Origin: Octopus sinensis
Lineage: Eukaryota
Assembly (NCBI RefSeq): GCF_006345805.1
Contig: NC_042999.1
Span: 132,122,001 to 132,186,000 of the forward strand
Direction of reading: 5' to 3'
Length of the DNA stretch: 64,000 nt
This document shows, piece by piece, positions 10,051 through 25,686 of this stretch. Position 1 is the stretch's first letter. Each line of letters opens with the position of its first letter. The position numbers were made by a program, and so were the translations under genes. The notes beneath the pieces are model-generated. The model did not search any database. It was not told the origin of the DNA and saw only the letters and a list, made by a program, of their open reading frames with translations.

Positions 10051-12997
10051 ACATCAGAGGACTACTAACACACAGTAACAGGACAAAAGTCCCGTTCTTG
10101 AGAGACTTTGTTGCATGCAATCAAGCCTTATGCATAGCACTTACGGAAACACACCTGAAACCGGACATAACGGATGCGGAAGTACACATACCACAGTATG
10201 TTGTACTACGGACCGACAGAAAAGAAAGGAGTCATGGAGGAGTTGCTATGTACATCCGTGAGGACCTCACACCCCAGGTCCTTTTGTCATACTCAAACTC
10301 GGTGTGTGACACACTAATTGTACATGTAAGGCAACTTGGTGTAGTTGTGTGTGCTACATATCGCCCTCCAGATGCCCCGAGCCATATGGGCAAGTTTGAA
10401 GACTGCCTTATAAAAATAGAAGAAGTTCTAGTCACACTAGAACAGCACATAAGTGTACTTCTCATGGGAGACTTCAACCTGCCCAATGTCAGATGGCCCG
10501 AGGGCCTTTCTCTCCCAGGAATGACACGATGTGAACGGGGACAGGCGAGGTCCCTCCTGAACCTCATCAACACCCTGTACATGGAGCAAGTAATACTCCA
10601 ACCAACCAGGGCAGGTAACACACTGGATCTCTGCTTCACAAATAATAGGATCTCATCCATAATGTGAAAGTGACACCGACACTACTCTCGGATCACAACA
10701 TGGTAGAGCTGACCATGTACGGGCCAAAGGAAAGCATGGACATGCAGCCTACAAGAAACTCTCAGAATCTTTCCAGCTTGAACTTCAATAAGGCAAACTG
10801 GAAACAAATTGAGAAAGATATCCTCAAACAAAACTGTCCTGAATGTCTCTCCTCGCCGGACATCGACATGAAACTTCAACAATTCATGTCTGTAATGCAA
10901 GCCATATGCTACAAATGTGTCCCAGATAGAAAGGCCACTATACACAAGAACAAAATCCCCAGAGAGAGGAAAATTCTAATGAGACGGCGCATAAAAATCT
11001 CAAATCGCCTAAACAAACAAATTGAAAGCAGTGAAAAGTCCCGCCTGAAAATGAAACTGTTGGAAATTGAAAACTGTCTGCAACTCTCCCATGAAAAGGA
11101 AAGAGCAGACAAATAAGCCTGGGCTATAGACAACATAAAATCTAAACCCAGAGCTTTCTACAGGTATGCCAAAGAAACAGCTACGGTGCACTGTAGGATA
11201 GGGTCACTCCTTGAAAGGGATGGCACACTCACAGGAAATCCAATGAGGGTAAGTGAAATACTAAATGAGCAATTCAAGAGTGTTTTCACTCCACCCCTTG
11301 GGCATTTCCAAATCAGCAATCCAACTGACTTCTTTACCACTGCAGATATGGGGTCAGAGGCGGCGATGATTGATTATATCAATATAAAGGAAGACGATGT
11401 AATAAAGGCTATAGATGAGATGGAAACAAACTCAGCTACTGGCCCCGATGGATTCCCAGCAATCCTTCTAAAAGTATGTAAGAGGGTCCTAGCAAAGCCA
11501 CTGCGGTCTCTCTTTCAGAGCTTCCTTGCAACTGGCAAACTTCCAAGAAAACTGAAGGAAGGTAAAATATGCCCTATTCATAAAGGAGGTAGCAGAGCGG
11601 AGGCCAAGAACTACAGACCTATCTCCCTAACCTCACACATCAGCAAGGTCATGGAACGAATAGTCAGAAGGAAACTAATCACCTTCCTTGAAGAAAATGA
11701 TTTGCTGCCTGACACCCAACATGGTTTCCGACCAGGAAGAAGCTGCTTAACTCAGCTCCTACAACACTATGACTGGGTGCTGAAACAACTGCTCAACCAC
11801 TCAAATGTGGAAGCCATATATCTCGACTTTGCAAAGGCCTTTGATAAAGTCGATCATGGAATGATATGTCACAAACTGCGTGATCTTGGTATAGTTGGAA
11901 AATTGGGAGAATGACTTCATGACTTTCTGAAGAATAGAAGTCAGGTGTTAACAGCCAATGGGGCCACTTCCATTAACACGCAAATAGTGAGCGGTGTTCC
12001 GCAGGGCACTGTTTTGGGACCACTACTGTTCATAATGGCCCTCTCAGACATGCCCTCAGCCACGCAGAGAGCCACGATCACAAGTTATGCAGATGATACA
12101 AAAGTCTCACAGGCAATACAGAACCCTGAAGACACTAAGCACCTGCAATGTGAGCTGGACGAAATATACAAGTGGGCTGAAAAGAATAGCATGCAGTTCA
12201 ATGCTGAAAAGTTTCAAGCTTTACACTATCAGCATGCAAAACTGAATGCAATACCCAATGAATACACTGGACCCGGAGGGATTGCAATCCCAGAGGCACA
12301 ATCAGTGCGTGACCTGGGTATTCACATGAGTGATGACGCGACCTTTCATGTACATGTTGCTAAACTGGCAATGAAATGTAGACGGCTGCCTGGCTGGATT
12401 CTTAGAACCTTTAGAACAAGAGAACAAGAAACCATGATGGTCCTCTGGAAGACACTTGTCCGAAGCCACTTTGACTATTGCTCTCAGCTATGGTCACCAT
12501 CCAGTGTCAAGTTGATCACAGAACTTGAGGCGATCCAACGAAGCTACACGAAGAAGATAGCCTCTGTGCAGCATTTGAGCTACTGGGAAAGACTCAAGAG
12601 ATTAAAGCTCTATTCCCTGGAGCGTAGGCGAGAAAGATATGCCATAATGTATACCTGGAAGATCCTGGAAGGACTTGTCCCAAACTTTGGCATCGAGAGT
12701 CACACAAATGCCAGAACCGGGCGCCACTGCGTAGTACCAAGGACTCCAAATTTGCCATCAAGATGTAGGACAAGATATTGTGATAGCCTGGGCTTCAGAG
12801 GCCCACAGCTCTTCAATATCCTCCCAAAGAACCTGAGGGACCTGCATGGTGTAGATGCGGATGTCTTTAAAGTAGGACTGGACCTCTTCCTGTCAGGTGT
12901 CCCGGATGAACCAACTTCACGGCAGGAGGTGCAGATGAGGGCAGCTGCATCGAACTCTCTCATGCATCAGATGGCGTTTGCTAAAAAGCATCCGTGA
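10025..12997 (+). pseudogene. LINE ORF2 (APE endonuclease + reverse transcriptase), disrupted
   Basis: APE motifs LLLNIRG, LTETHL, YRPP, GDFN, LDLCF, SDH; RT motifs GPDG, NYRPISLTS, QHGFR, DFAKAFDKV, SGVPQGTVLGP, YADD; one frameshift near 10660 and stops at 11114-11116 and 11912-11914. Confidence 0.95.
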
Positions 12998-13095
12998 GGT
13001 AAAATCGTGTAGCAAACCAAATGGCGGTGCCCCAGCATGGCCACAGCTCATTAGCTGAAACTGGAAAAATCAAAATCAAATCAAAAAATCAACCC

Positions 13096-14111
13096 ATGCT
13101 TAGATAAAAAAAAAATTCGTGTTGTTTATGAATATAAGTTCCGTAGTGGAACCAATGCATATCAGACGGTTCGAAACATCAATGAGATATTTGGTGAAGA
13201 TGTGGTGAATGAGCGTACTGTACGTCGATGGTTTGAGAAGTTGCGGTCTGGTGACTTTACTCTTAAAAATCAGATAGAACTGAAACCAAGGTGGATAATG
13301 ATGAGCTGGAAACTGGAGTGGAAGCGGATACACCTCAAACTACGCGTGAGTTTGCAGCAAGGTTGGATGTTTCGATTCCAACTATATTGGACCATCTGAA
13401 ACAAATCGGCAAGGTAAAGAAGCTGGACAAGTGGGTACCACACAAACTGAACGATCATCAAATGACACGTCGTCTTGAAACTTGCTGTTCTTTGCTGTCA
13501 TGGCATAAAACAAACCATTTTTACATCGTATTGTTACGCGTCATGAAAAATGGATTCTTTTCAACAATAGCAATCATTCTACACGGTAGTTGGATAGAGA
13601 CGAAGTGCCAAAACACACCCCAAAAAAGAATATTCACCAAAAAATGATAATTGTGTCTGTTTGGTGGTCTAGCGCTGGTGTCTTCCACTACAGTTTCATG
13701 ATACCTGGTAAGTCAATTACAGCAGATGCATACATCAACTAATTGGATGAAATGATGAGTGAACTTGCAATTAAACAACCGAGATTGGTCAATAGAGACA
13801 GGCCAATTCTCTTGCAAGATAGTGCTCAATTACATGTTGCACAAAGAACGCTACTCAAGTTACAAGAACTGAACTTGGAAGTATCCTGTCATCCACTATA
13901 TTCACCAGACCTTGCATCAACTGATTATCACGTTTTCCGGGCATTAGACAACTTTTGGCAAGGAAAAAACTTCAAATGTAAAGAAGATGTAAAAACAGCC
14001 TTTCGTGATTTTATCACCTCTTGCTCTCCAGAATTCTTCGCTGCTGGCATAAATAAGCTACCGATAAAATGGCGAAATTGTGTTGATAATTTAGGTGTAC
14101 ACTTTGATTAA
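13096..14111 (+). pseudogene. mariner transposase, disrupted
   Basis: ERTVRRWF, KVKKLDKWVPH, TRHEKW (first catalytic D changed to H), LLQDSA, YSPDLASTDYH; frameshifts and stops. Confidence 0.92.
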
Positions 14112-14189
14112 CTGCATTGCTTTTTGTTGAGATAAAGTAAAATAAACTTATAGTTCAAAATCGGACATTTTCATCCTAATGACATACGT

Positions 14190-16482
<2,293 letters not shown>

Positions 16483-16484
<2 letters not shown>

Positions 16485-16862
16485 CGCAGGAGTGGCTGTG
16501 TGGTAAGTAGCTTGCTAACCGGGTTCAGTCCCACTGCGTGGCATCTTGGGCAAGTGTCTTCTGCTATAGCCCCAGGCCGACCAATGCCTTGTGAGTGGAT
16601 TTGGCAGACGGAAACTGAAAGAAGCCTGTCGTATATATGTATATATATATGTATGTGTGTGTGTGTGTGTTTGTGTGTCTGTGTCTTGACAACCGATGCT
16701 GGTGTGTTTACGTCCCCAAAACTTAACGGTTCGGCAAAAGAGACCGATAGAATAAGTACTAGGCTTACAAACAATAAGCCCTGGGGTCGATTTGCTCGAC
16801 TAAAGGCGGTGCTCCAGCATGGCCGCAGTCAAATGACTGAAACAAGTAAAAGAGTAAATGGT
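16483..16862 (+). mobile_element. SINE family A, near full length (tRNA-like head, central CA/TG microsatellite, LINE-like tail)
   Basis: Head ggcgcaggagtggctgtgtgg (A box) ... gggttcagtccc (B box-like); tail ggcggtgctccagcatggccgcagtcaaatgactgaaac. Confidence 0.9.
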
Positions 16863-17157
16863 AAAGAGTATATCAGTGGCGACTCCGGCACTAGGGCTCT
16901 TCGGGCTTAGCCCGAGTATAAATGTAGTAAAGTGAACGTGTGTATTTGCAAGCTGCTTTAATTTCAGCCAACACTTACTTCAAGTACATGATTGCAGCCA
17001 ATAACTCGGGTTCTTTTTATTGAGTCTGGTCGCAGTTCATTTATTTTCGTTCAGCGTCTGGCGGTCGTCTTAGAAGTGTCCTGTGTCAAAAAATATCGTT
17101 CGTAGCAGACGTTCTCTCGACATCGTTCACACGCGTTTGACTCGGGCTCAGAAGTTA

Positions 17158-17540
17158 TCTCTCCCTATATAAACGGCAGTTTGTCTGTGCGTTTTCTGTG
17201 TGTCTGTTTTCTCGTACCCTCACCCTGACCACGGCTTTCAACCGATTCTGATGAAACTTGACACACACATAGCCCAATGTCATAATTCAAAACTAACGCA
17301 GCGAAAATTTTGAAAAGTTCCCCCAGTTCTGAAAAAAATCGATAAATTCGACATGGGGTCGAGAATCAGAAACCCAAACCACAGACCGTCTAGGGGACGC
17401 AACTCCACCTTTTTTAACTCTCAAAAAAAATTTACCATCATTTTTTTTCCATTTTTTTCTATTTTTTGGCTATAACTCTCTAAAAATGCTTTATAGTTAT
17501 TTCCCTTACAAACCTGAGCAACGCCGGGCGATACTGCTAG
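17158..17540 (+). mobile_element. Non-autonomous Helitron
   Basis: Insertion in A|T with no TSD; 5' TC, 3' hairpin cctgagcaacgccggg followed by CTAG (17537-17540). Confidence 0.8.
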
Positions 17541-17821
17541 TATATAATAAAAGGAGATGAAATGGACAATAGCACTTCAATCCGTGCTGCATGTTTCCAC
17601 AGCATGATGTAATAGCAGCCGGATGCCCAAAGTGGTGTCCGGCTTTTTGTAAATCATGAATAAAATACTATGCCATTGAAACATATGTACCATGGATTGA
17701 ACTGCTACTGTCCATACATTCTTTTTATTAAATTTCTTTACCGCATAATATACTGACTAATTTTACTACTAAGATTGGAATTGTGGAGTACCCAATAAAA
17801 TTAAATAATCGTTCCTAATCT

Positions 17822-17952
<131 letters not shown>

Positions 17953-20315
17953 GCGCAAGCATGGCTGTGTGGGAAGAAGTTTGTTTCCGAGTCACATGGT
18001 CCCCACCGTATGGCACCCTGGGCTAGTGCCTTCTACTATAGCAGAAAAACCAGCATTCTAAAATTAAAATTTAAAGTTTTTTTTCTTCTCTCTGCACTTA
18101 CTCACCTTTTCAACTTTGTCCGGCCGTTCAAAGTGCAACAGAATTATGGCGCCGAAGTCTAGTCGTTTAAACGTATTTCTTATCGTTTCTATTTTTCTAT
18201 ACATTTCTTGAAGTAAATGCTTTTCCTTTGGTTAGAATTCTAACAATATGTACATTGTGAAGTAGAGTCTTGTGTTTTTTTTATTCTATTCTACTTATTT
18301 ATTGTTGATTGAATTTATTTTTGTTTACCTAAAAATTAGATTGTTGGAAAATAAAAGTTTTTTTTACAATCGCAATTTCCGTTTTTGTTAACGTGAAATT
18401 ATAAAAAAAATTCAAGAGATTTCGCTGTTATTTCTAACATGTGGGAAGACTTTTAGGCTTAACTTCATGCGCTGGTTGAAAAATCACCTAAAAAAATTCT
18501 AGGGTCAATACATTCGACTAAAAACTCTTCAAGGCGGTGCCCCATCATGGCCACAGTCTGGTGGTTTGACAAGAACAAAGAAAAAACCCCAAATATATCA
18601 CAGAGGTGGTTTTGACCAGGCTTTAAAAATTTCTAGATTTCATACATTCGACTAAAAATTCTTCAAGGCAGTACCCCAGCATAGCCACAGTCTAATCACT
18701 AAAACAAGTAAAAGGAGAAGAAAAAAAAACGAAAAAATAACCGAAAAATATAACTGAAAGTGTTTTGTCCACTTCTATAGGGGTTTTGTCCGAGGGGCTT
18801 TTGTCCTAGGGGGGATTTTGTCTTACACTCAATGTCACAACATAGCCCAACATAGCCCACGAGTAACATCTATCAACATTTTTCTGCGCCAGATGGAATG
18901 AAATAGAAATTTATCCTGCCTCCTTTTCTGAGAGATTAATAAATTCTCAACATTCCGGTTGAAAGTTCGTTTATTTGTTTAAAGCTGAAAACTTTGATAA
19001 AAAAAAGTAAGTTTGAAGGTGGAACTGGTTAGGGAAGATAGATTTTGCAAAGATAATCCTAAATATTATTTTCTCTGTGTATAGTATTTGCTGGGCGCTA
19101 CCTCTTTTCATGTTAGATATCGACTTTCTGGGGCTTGCAAGTTCGTATGTCATGTATCGCATCTCCGTCAGAGAGATTTTGCTACGAATGAGACAGGTTA
19201 TAGCTCTCGAAACTAGATGTTAATTTATAGTTATTTTACAGTTAATTTACTGAGTGATTTACTGTGAATCACAGCGTAATTTACTGTTAAGTTACTGTGA
19301 GTGAATTCAAATTTGTTCATTGGTAAGATCCAATAATATCTTATCCAGGAGGTCTTTTATAATTGTTCTGTTTGCAATAAAAGAAATTGCTATGGAAAAT
19401 GATGTCTTAGAAATCGAGCTATAAGAAGAATATTTATTTGGCGAGGTCTGGTGGAGGATGGCTGCATCCATTGCCTTTGTAGGTCTACCTGAGGCCAGTG
19501 AGATCAGTATGGTTAACGTTACTTCTGAAGATAATAAATAAATGATTTACGAAATTTTAAAATTACGTCAAAATTTTCAAATTTGGTATATTGAAATGAT
19601 TTTCCACCTTAAATCCGATTTTGTTATTTATTTGTTCCAGAAAATAAAATGTTACTGGGGTTTAAAGTTTAAACAATTTTACCTAACCAGAAAACAGGAT
19701 TTTGGAAGCTGGCATTTTCTGCATGATAGCTGTCTATCACAAAAATGAAAGGAAAATCATTACGAGGTGGAATTTTCATTAAACAAACAAAAGCAAAGCA
19801 TTACGACGATCAAACTTGCAAGAACTTCTGAAGTTTTAATGAATAAAGCCATGGGAACCGGTCGAACAAACATGTAAATAATTTAAAAAGGAAAAAGATA
19901 GTCAAGGAAGTTTTTTTGCGAAAAATTGCCCAAATCTGTCCTGCTCAAGAGGTCTATCTGTCGGGGAAGGCATGGTCTGATATGGAATAAATAAATATTT
20001 ATATAAGACATTCTACTGTAAAAATTGCCCTACAACGGCGGGCTATCCATCTATGAAAGAAAATCTATTGTGTTATTGTTTCATTACGTTGGTAAAGTTT
20101 TAATAAATCTTAAACGGTGATTTGAAAACAAATGTAAAAACACTTGTTAGTTTTACATCTGTAGTTGAACATATTATAACAGCTTACGATAGTTAATTCA
20201 CTAAAGCGTGTGCGTTAAGTGATAGGTAAAAATTACAGAACAAAGTATTAAAATTTACTGTTCTCTTCAGTAAACACATTCTCTCTTTCCTGCTCTGTTC
20301 TCACTTCTCTCTCTC

Positions 20316-20404
<89 letters not shown>

Positions 20405-20459
20405 TGAGTCGACAAACGAAAGAAGTGCACTGAACACATTTATTGGTAGTTACATGTAT

Positions 20460-20825
20460 GGATCAAAATAGTTTGATTCAAATTCATTGTACTCCGAGAG
20501 TTTCAAGCGTGATGCTAATCTTGAGCCATGTTGAGTTTGAATGAAAGAAGGTGATGGTTATTACCGTAAGGTGGGATGGGATTGGTCGAGGAAGGTCACG
20601 TGATGTCGTGGTTTCATGTTGGTATAACCGTTTATCAGTGACGACAGTTAGTTGGAAAACACCGCATGGTGACCAGAAAATCGACGACGTGATGAACAGG
20701 AAATCGACCGCGTGGTGGACAGGAAACTGGTCAGGTTGTTGGAGGGAGGTAAGCTGAAATGGCTGAAGATTAGCATCACGCTTGAAACTCGGAGTACCAA
20801 CGAATTTGAATCAAACTATTTTGAT

Positions 20826-20827
<2 letters not shown>
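20460..20827. mobile_element. MITE with ~60-bp TIRs starting GGATC
   Basis: ggatcaaaatagtttgattcaaattc..tgatgctaatctt versus aagattagcatcacgcttgaaac..ctattttgatcc; flanks acatgtat/atatatat (degenerate 8-bp TSD). Confidence 0.75.
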
Positions 20828-20899
<72 letters not shown>

Positions 20900-20902
20900 G
20901 TG

Positions 20903-20942
<40 letters not shown>

Positions 20943-21362
20943 GTATGGAACTAAATTGAGGACTCGGTGTACTCGAGAGCTTGTAGATAATTTACTATGT
21001 TTTCTATCAATTTGTCCGGATTTTGTTGATTGTGATTATTTCTTCGGTACCTTCCAGTAAGTAACTGACTAGTGGTGCACCCTATAGGAATACTAATAAA
21101 TTATATCGCCATTTCGTCATCCAAATAAGCAGTATTGTTTAATGATATCGGTCAATCTGCAACTAAGATCTCAGTAGCAACATTAGTTATGCACGTCATG
21201 CATATAATAAATGAAGGTGAATAGACAATGGAAGTTCAATACATGCTACAGGTGTAATATACTAATTGCGGACATATTACCATGCTATTGGAACTTTTGT
21301 AGCATGTATTGAATTGTCAGTCCGTTCATTTTCATTTATTTTATGTGCGTATGTGTAAACGT

Positions 21363-21630
21363 GAAGGCGCATGGCTCAGTGGTTAGAGCGTCGAGCTTAC
21401 AATCGTGAGATTGTGAGTTCGATTCCCGGACCGGGCTGCATGTTGTGTTCTTGAGCAAGGCACTTTATTTCACGTTGCTCCAGTTAACTCACCTGTAGAA
21501 ATGAGTTGCGACATCACTGGTGCCAAACTGTATCGGCCTTTGCCTTTCCCTTGGTAACATCAGTGGTGTGGAGAGTGGAGGTTGGTATGCATGGGCGACT
21601 GCTGGTTTTCCATAAACAACCTTGTCCGGA
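21363..21630 (+). mobile_element. SINE family C (tRNA-derived head)
   Basis: A box tggctcagtgg, B box gagttcgattcc, followed by a body shared with the copy at 62468 (ttgtgttcttgagcaaggcactttatttcacgttgctccag). Confidence 0.85.
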
Positions 21631-22274
21631 TTACACACAAGTACATGTCATACCTTAGCGCTTGTCATATAAATTTATTGCTGAATATTTTTTGTGGTTA
21701 AAATTAAAATAAGAATTATTACAAAAAGTTTTGGATGTTTAAAGCCGATTGAAGTTATTTTATTTTTTAATGCTTGTGGGTGGGGAAGAGCAGTTTAAAT
21801 CTAAATACGTTTTTAATTCTTACATCTAAATACAAGTTAAAAATAAATGGTGACAGAGTTCACGAACCATGCGATTTTCCTAAAGTGCTTATAGTTCTGC
21901 TTCATGAATAGATAGTGTCTTGGTGGCTATTAACAGTTAATTTCAAAGCTGGAAAGCTAGCTACAAGTATATAAATATTTGACAAATATAGAAATGTATT
22001 GTTAGTTAAGCAAAAGGTTAAACACCAAATATATATTTACACGTTTAACAAAGTAGGGAGAGAATAGATTTCAGGGTGAATAGAGCTGAGAGGCCAGTAA
22101 TATTTTCTTTTCTTTCTTTCTTTTTTTTTCTATTTTTTTAAACATATTTTTAATTACATTCTTCAATCTAAATTTGAAATAATTCAAAAAGAGAAAACAA
22201 AGTTAAAAAATAGGCGACATCGATCCATTTTGTCACCCTTCTCCTGCCTATGATTTCGTATGATACGAAGTAAA

Positions 22275-22669
22275 TCTCTATATATAAAGCTGAAGTTGTC
22301 TGTGTATGGCGGGTTTGGTAGCTTTCAAATAACACTATCTCCTCCGAAACCCTGTGGCGCATGTTGACCAAAATTGAGATTATGTTAGAAGAAGGCTTGC
22401 TCTTCCTTCCATAGAAGAAAACATTCAAATCGGAGCATGTTAACACCAAAAATTGTTTACATCAAAAAGGTGCTTTTTTCTATGAAAAACCCTATTTTTT
22501 ACGATTTTTTGACTGCTGTGTCGCCATTTTTCGGTGTATTTCAACCAGAAAAATGTTCACTTAAAGAGAATAACAAGCTACAAAATGCAAAATTTGTACT
22601 TTTCGAAAATTCCACTTCTAAAGGATCAAAAAGAAAACAAACCCGAGCAACGATGGGCTATACTGCTAG
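22275..22669 (+). mobile_element. Non-autonomous Helitron
   Basis: A|TCtctatatataaag ... cccgagcaacgatggg ctatactgCTAG|T. Confidence 0.8.
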
Positions 22670-23019
22670 TAGAATTAAAAGGTAACATTAGCATTAGTTT
22701 CTAGATTTAGAAATATCACTTCTACTACGTTTTACAGATGAAGATAATTAAAGACACAGATAGGAAATTAATCATTTTGACAAATACAAAAGGAAAAAAA
22801 TAAAACATTCATATTTTACAGTAGAACAAGGTCATACAATTTGAAAGTGGGGAAAAGGTGAACTTGTGTAAAACGGTCGCAGTTAACAGGTATCATTTTA
22901 TCGACAACAGATGAAAATAATGTAAAGGTGATCCTCGAATGTTTTGGACTAAGAACGTACCGCAAGGTATTTTGTCCAGTTGTCTACCATCGATTGTACT
23001 ATGCGTTGCCGTTTGAGAC

Positions 23020-23287
23020 CCAAGGAAGAAAGGGAGGAAGGAAAGAAAGAAGGAAGGAAGGTAAGAAGAAAGAAAAAAGAAAGAAAGAGAGAAAGGGAGA
23101 AAGGAAGGAAAACAGAAAGAAAGAAAGAAAGCAGGAAAGGTTGGAAGAAAGAAAGGAAGGAGGAAGGAAGGAAAGTAGAAAGAAAGAAAGAAATGCGGAA
23201 GGAAGGAAAGAAAGGCGGGGAGACAGGCAACTAGGAAAGTAGGAAGGAAAGGAAGAAGAAAAGGAGGAAAGAAGAAAAGAAAAGAAA
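23020..23287. repeat. Degenerate (GAAA/GGAA)n polypurine tract
   Basis: Read directly from the sequence. Confidence 0.9.
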
Positions 23288-24069
23288 ATGTATCGCTTTG
23301 TGTACTATGGTTTATTCGTTCAGTTGATTTATTGTGATTACGAAACTTTTTGGCAGTGCTGTTTCGGCGCCGCCTATTTTGGCATTGCTGATTCAATGAT
23401 GACTTATATGACATCAAACGTTTTAATGTTTCTCTCATTCTTTTCTTTTGTCTCTCTCTCTTTCTTTCTGTGTTTTTGTGTGTGAGCACATTTCTATGTG
23501 TATATGTATATTTCTGCGTGTGCATGCGCGCGCGCGTATGTGTGTGTGTGTGTGTTTACCTCCAGTGCCAAAAAGTACTGTCGGCAAAGCTGACTGAATG
23601 TCCAGTCAGCGTCCAAACAGCCGCGCCCGATCGTCTCGTTTTGACTTAGTCCAAACCTCGTCATATTACACGATTGACATTTTTCAAACTTTTTGTTTAA
23701 ATATTCCAACTGGTTACACTAAAAGTACAGGACTTCACCAACGAGTGAAACACACGAGAGATAAGTACAGGACAAAATAGCAAAAAATAGCAAAAAATAC
23801 ACAAGCACGAAATAGGGAATAGTAAAACAGTCGACAACTGAAGAGGAGTTATCTTCTTTTGGTGCTTTGTCTTGTACTTATTTCTCGCTGGGTTGCGTAT
23901 TTTTCATTCGTTGGTGATGTCCTGTACTTAGTGTGTGTGTGTGTGTGTATACATACACACATTATATATATGTATGTGTGTGTGTATGTGTGTGTGTATG
24001 TATGTATGTATGCATGTATATAAGTATGTATGTATGTATGCATGTATGTATGTGTGTGTGTGTTTGTGT

Positions 24070-24245
24070 CTGTGTTTGTTCCGAAATTACCGCTTCACAA
24101 CCGGTCTTGGTGTGTTTATATCCCCATAACTCAGTGGTTCGGCAAAAAGACCTATAAAATAAGTACTAGGCTTTAAAAAAGTCCTTCAAGGCGGTGCTCC
24201 AGCATGGCAGCAGTCAAATGACTGAATAAATAAAGATAAAAAGAA
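24070..24245 (+). mobile_element. SINE family A, 3' half
   Basis: aataagtactagg...aaggcggtgctccagcatggcagcagtcaaatgactgaa tail. Confidence 0.7.
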
Positions 24246-24540
24246 TAAAGAATACATATATATGAATATATATGCTTTATCTGATAACCCCTGAAAGAGA
24301 AGGACTCTAGAGAGATGCATATTTAGCATTGCATACTTTACGAATCTCCTGTGTTGTTTTTTTGTTTATAACCCCCATAACTTAGTAGTTCGACAAAACA
24401 GTCTGGTAGTAGTACCCGACTTAAAAATATAGGTACAGGGGTCGATTTGGTCGAATAATCCAACAAAACTGAAATAATTAAAAGAGTAAAAGAATGAAAA
24501 TACAAAAATGATTTTCCTTTAAGTGTATGACTAAATTTCA

Positions 24541-24581
24541 TTATTATTGTTGTTGTTGTTGTTGTTGTTCTTCTTCTTCTT

Positions 24582-24662
<81 letters not shown>
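24541..24662. repeat. Compound (TTG)n-(TTC)n-(TTA)n trinucleotide repeat
   Basis: Read directly from the sequence. Confidence 0.95.
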
Positions 24663-24901
24663 GAATACATAAATCTCCCTCTCTGCAAGAATTGATGAAC
24701 CTGGCTGTGTTTAAACTTTAATTTCAGCTTTTTTCTGGAAAAAGTCATACTTCCTTTGATTTTATAGTAAACATGAAATATATAAATACATATATAGAGA
24801 TAATGATGCATATAAACAAATGAAACAGCTTGGGCTAGATACATGAAATATACATCATACATACATACATACATACATACATACATACATACATACATAC
24901 A

Positions 24902-25020
24902 TACCGTATATACTCGAATAATAGTCGATCTCATGTAAAAGTCGACCTCCTATTTTTGGCCAAGAAATTGGGAATTTTCCATAGACCCCGTATAAAAGTC
25001 GACCCTAGTATTTCACGAAC
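24902..25020 (+). mobile_element. pogo/Tc1-type MITE left end
   Basis: taccgtatatactcgaataatagtcga; matches the inverted end at 34145-34222. Confidence 0.6.
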
Positions 25021-25257
25021 AACAGGTCAAAATTATCCTGTTACAAAATTGTGTGACTACCTTACTGTACCCTGCTCTATAGGTGGAATACTTGGTGGTT
25101 ATAATGAAATGCTTGGTGATTATAATAAAACACCATTTAATAGCAAGCACTACACATGTTGATGGGTGCTACATCACCATTACTAAATTGTATGCACAGG
25201 ATATGTTGCATGCCTGCATATATCTTCAAGCACAATTTATACATGCGTCATGTACTG

Positions 25258-25427
25258 ACGCAGGAGTGGCTGTGTGGTAAGTAGCTTGCTAACTAACCAC
25301 ATGGTTCCGGGTTCAGTCCCACTGCGTGGCATCTTGGGCAAGTGTCTTCTGCTATAGCCTCGGGCCGACCAATGCCTTGTGAGTGGATTTGGTAGACGGA
25401 AACTGAAAGAAGCCTGTCGTATATATG

Positions 25428-25463
<36 letters not shown>

Positions 25464-25686
25464 GGTTTGTGTGTCTGTGTTTGTCCCCCTAGCATTGCTT
25501 GACAACCGATGCTGGTGTGTTTGCGTCCCCGTCACTTAGCGGTTCGGCAAAAGAGACCGATAGAATAAGTACTGGGCTTACAAAAGAATAAGTCCCGGGG
25601 TCGAGTTGCTCGATTAAAGGCGGTGCTCCAGCATGGCCGCAGTCAAATGACTGAAACAAGTAAAAGTAAAAGTAAAGTAAAGTAAG
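25258..25686 (+). mobile_element. SINE family A, full length
   Basis: Same head, body and tail as the copy at 16483. Confidence 0.9.

Larger units (their letters stand above)
9406..13085 (+). mobile_element. 5'-truncated CR1/Jockey-group non-LTR retrotransposon
   Basis: ORF1 + APE-RT ORF2, short 3' UTR, (AAATC)n tail, possible 7-bp TSD aaatcaa (9399-9405 / 13086-13092). Confidence 0.92.
9238..14186 (+). mobile_element. Hsmar1-like (cecropia-type) mariner, interrupted by a LINE
   Basis: 5' TIR caggcattaagaatgaaatgtccgatttt (~9238-9267) and 3' TIR aaaatcggacattttcatcctaatgacata (14157-14186); flanked by TA-rich microsatellites. Confidence 0.88.

Noticed and set aside
9376-12963. Minus-strand ORFs overlapping the LINE
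   Set aside because: Antisense shadows of the LINE coding strand.
21363-21435. tRNA-Val-like cloverleaf
   Set aside because: The anticodon and acceptor stems do not pair properly, and the sequence continues into a SINE body shared with 62468, so it is a SINE head rather than a tRNA gene.
22893-23525. Long ORFs (210 aa and others) through GAAA/CA/TA repeats, here and at 14176, 35709, 48165, 53176 and elsewhere
   Set aside because: Low-complexity microsatellite translations.
23554-23660. GC-richer patch ending at minus-strand donor GAG|GTAAAC
   Set aside because: No homology or acceptor evidence; weak donor.
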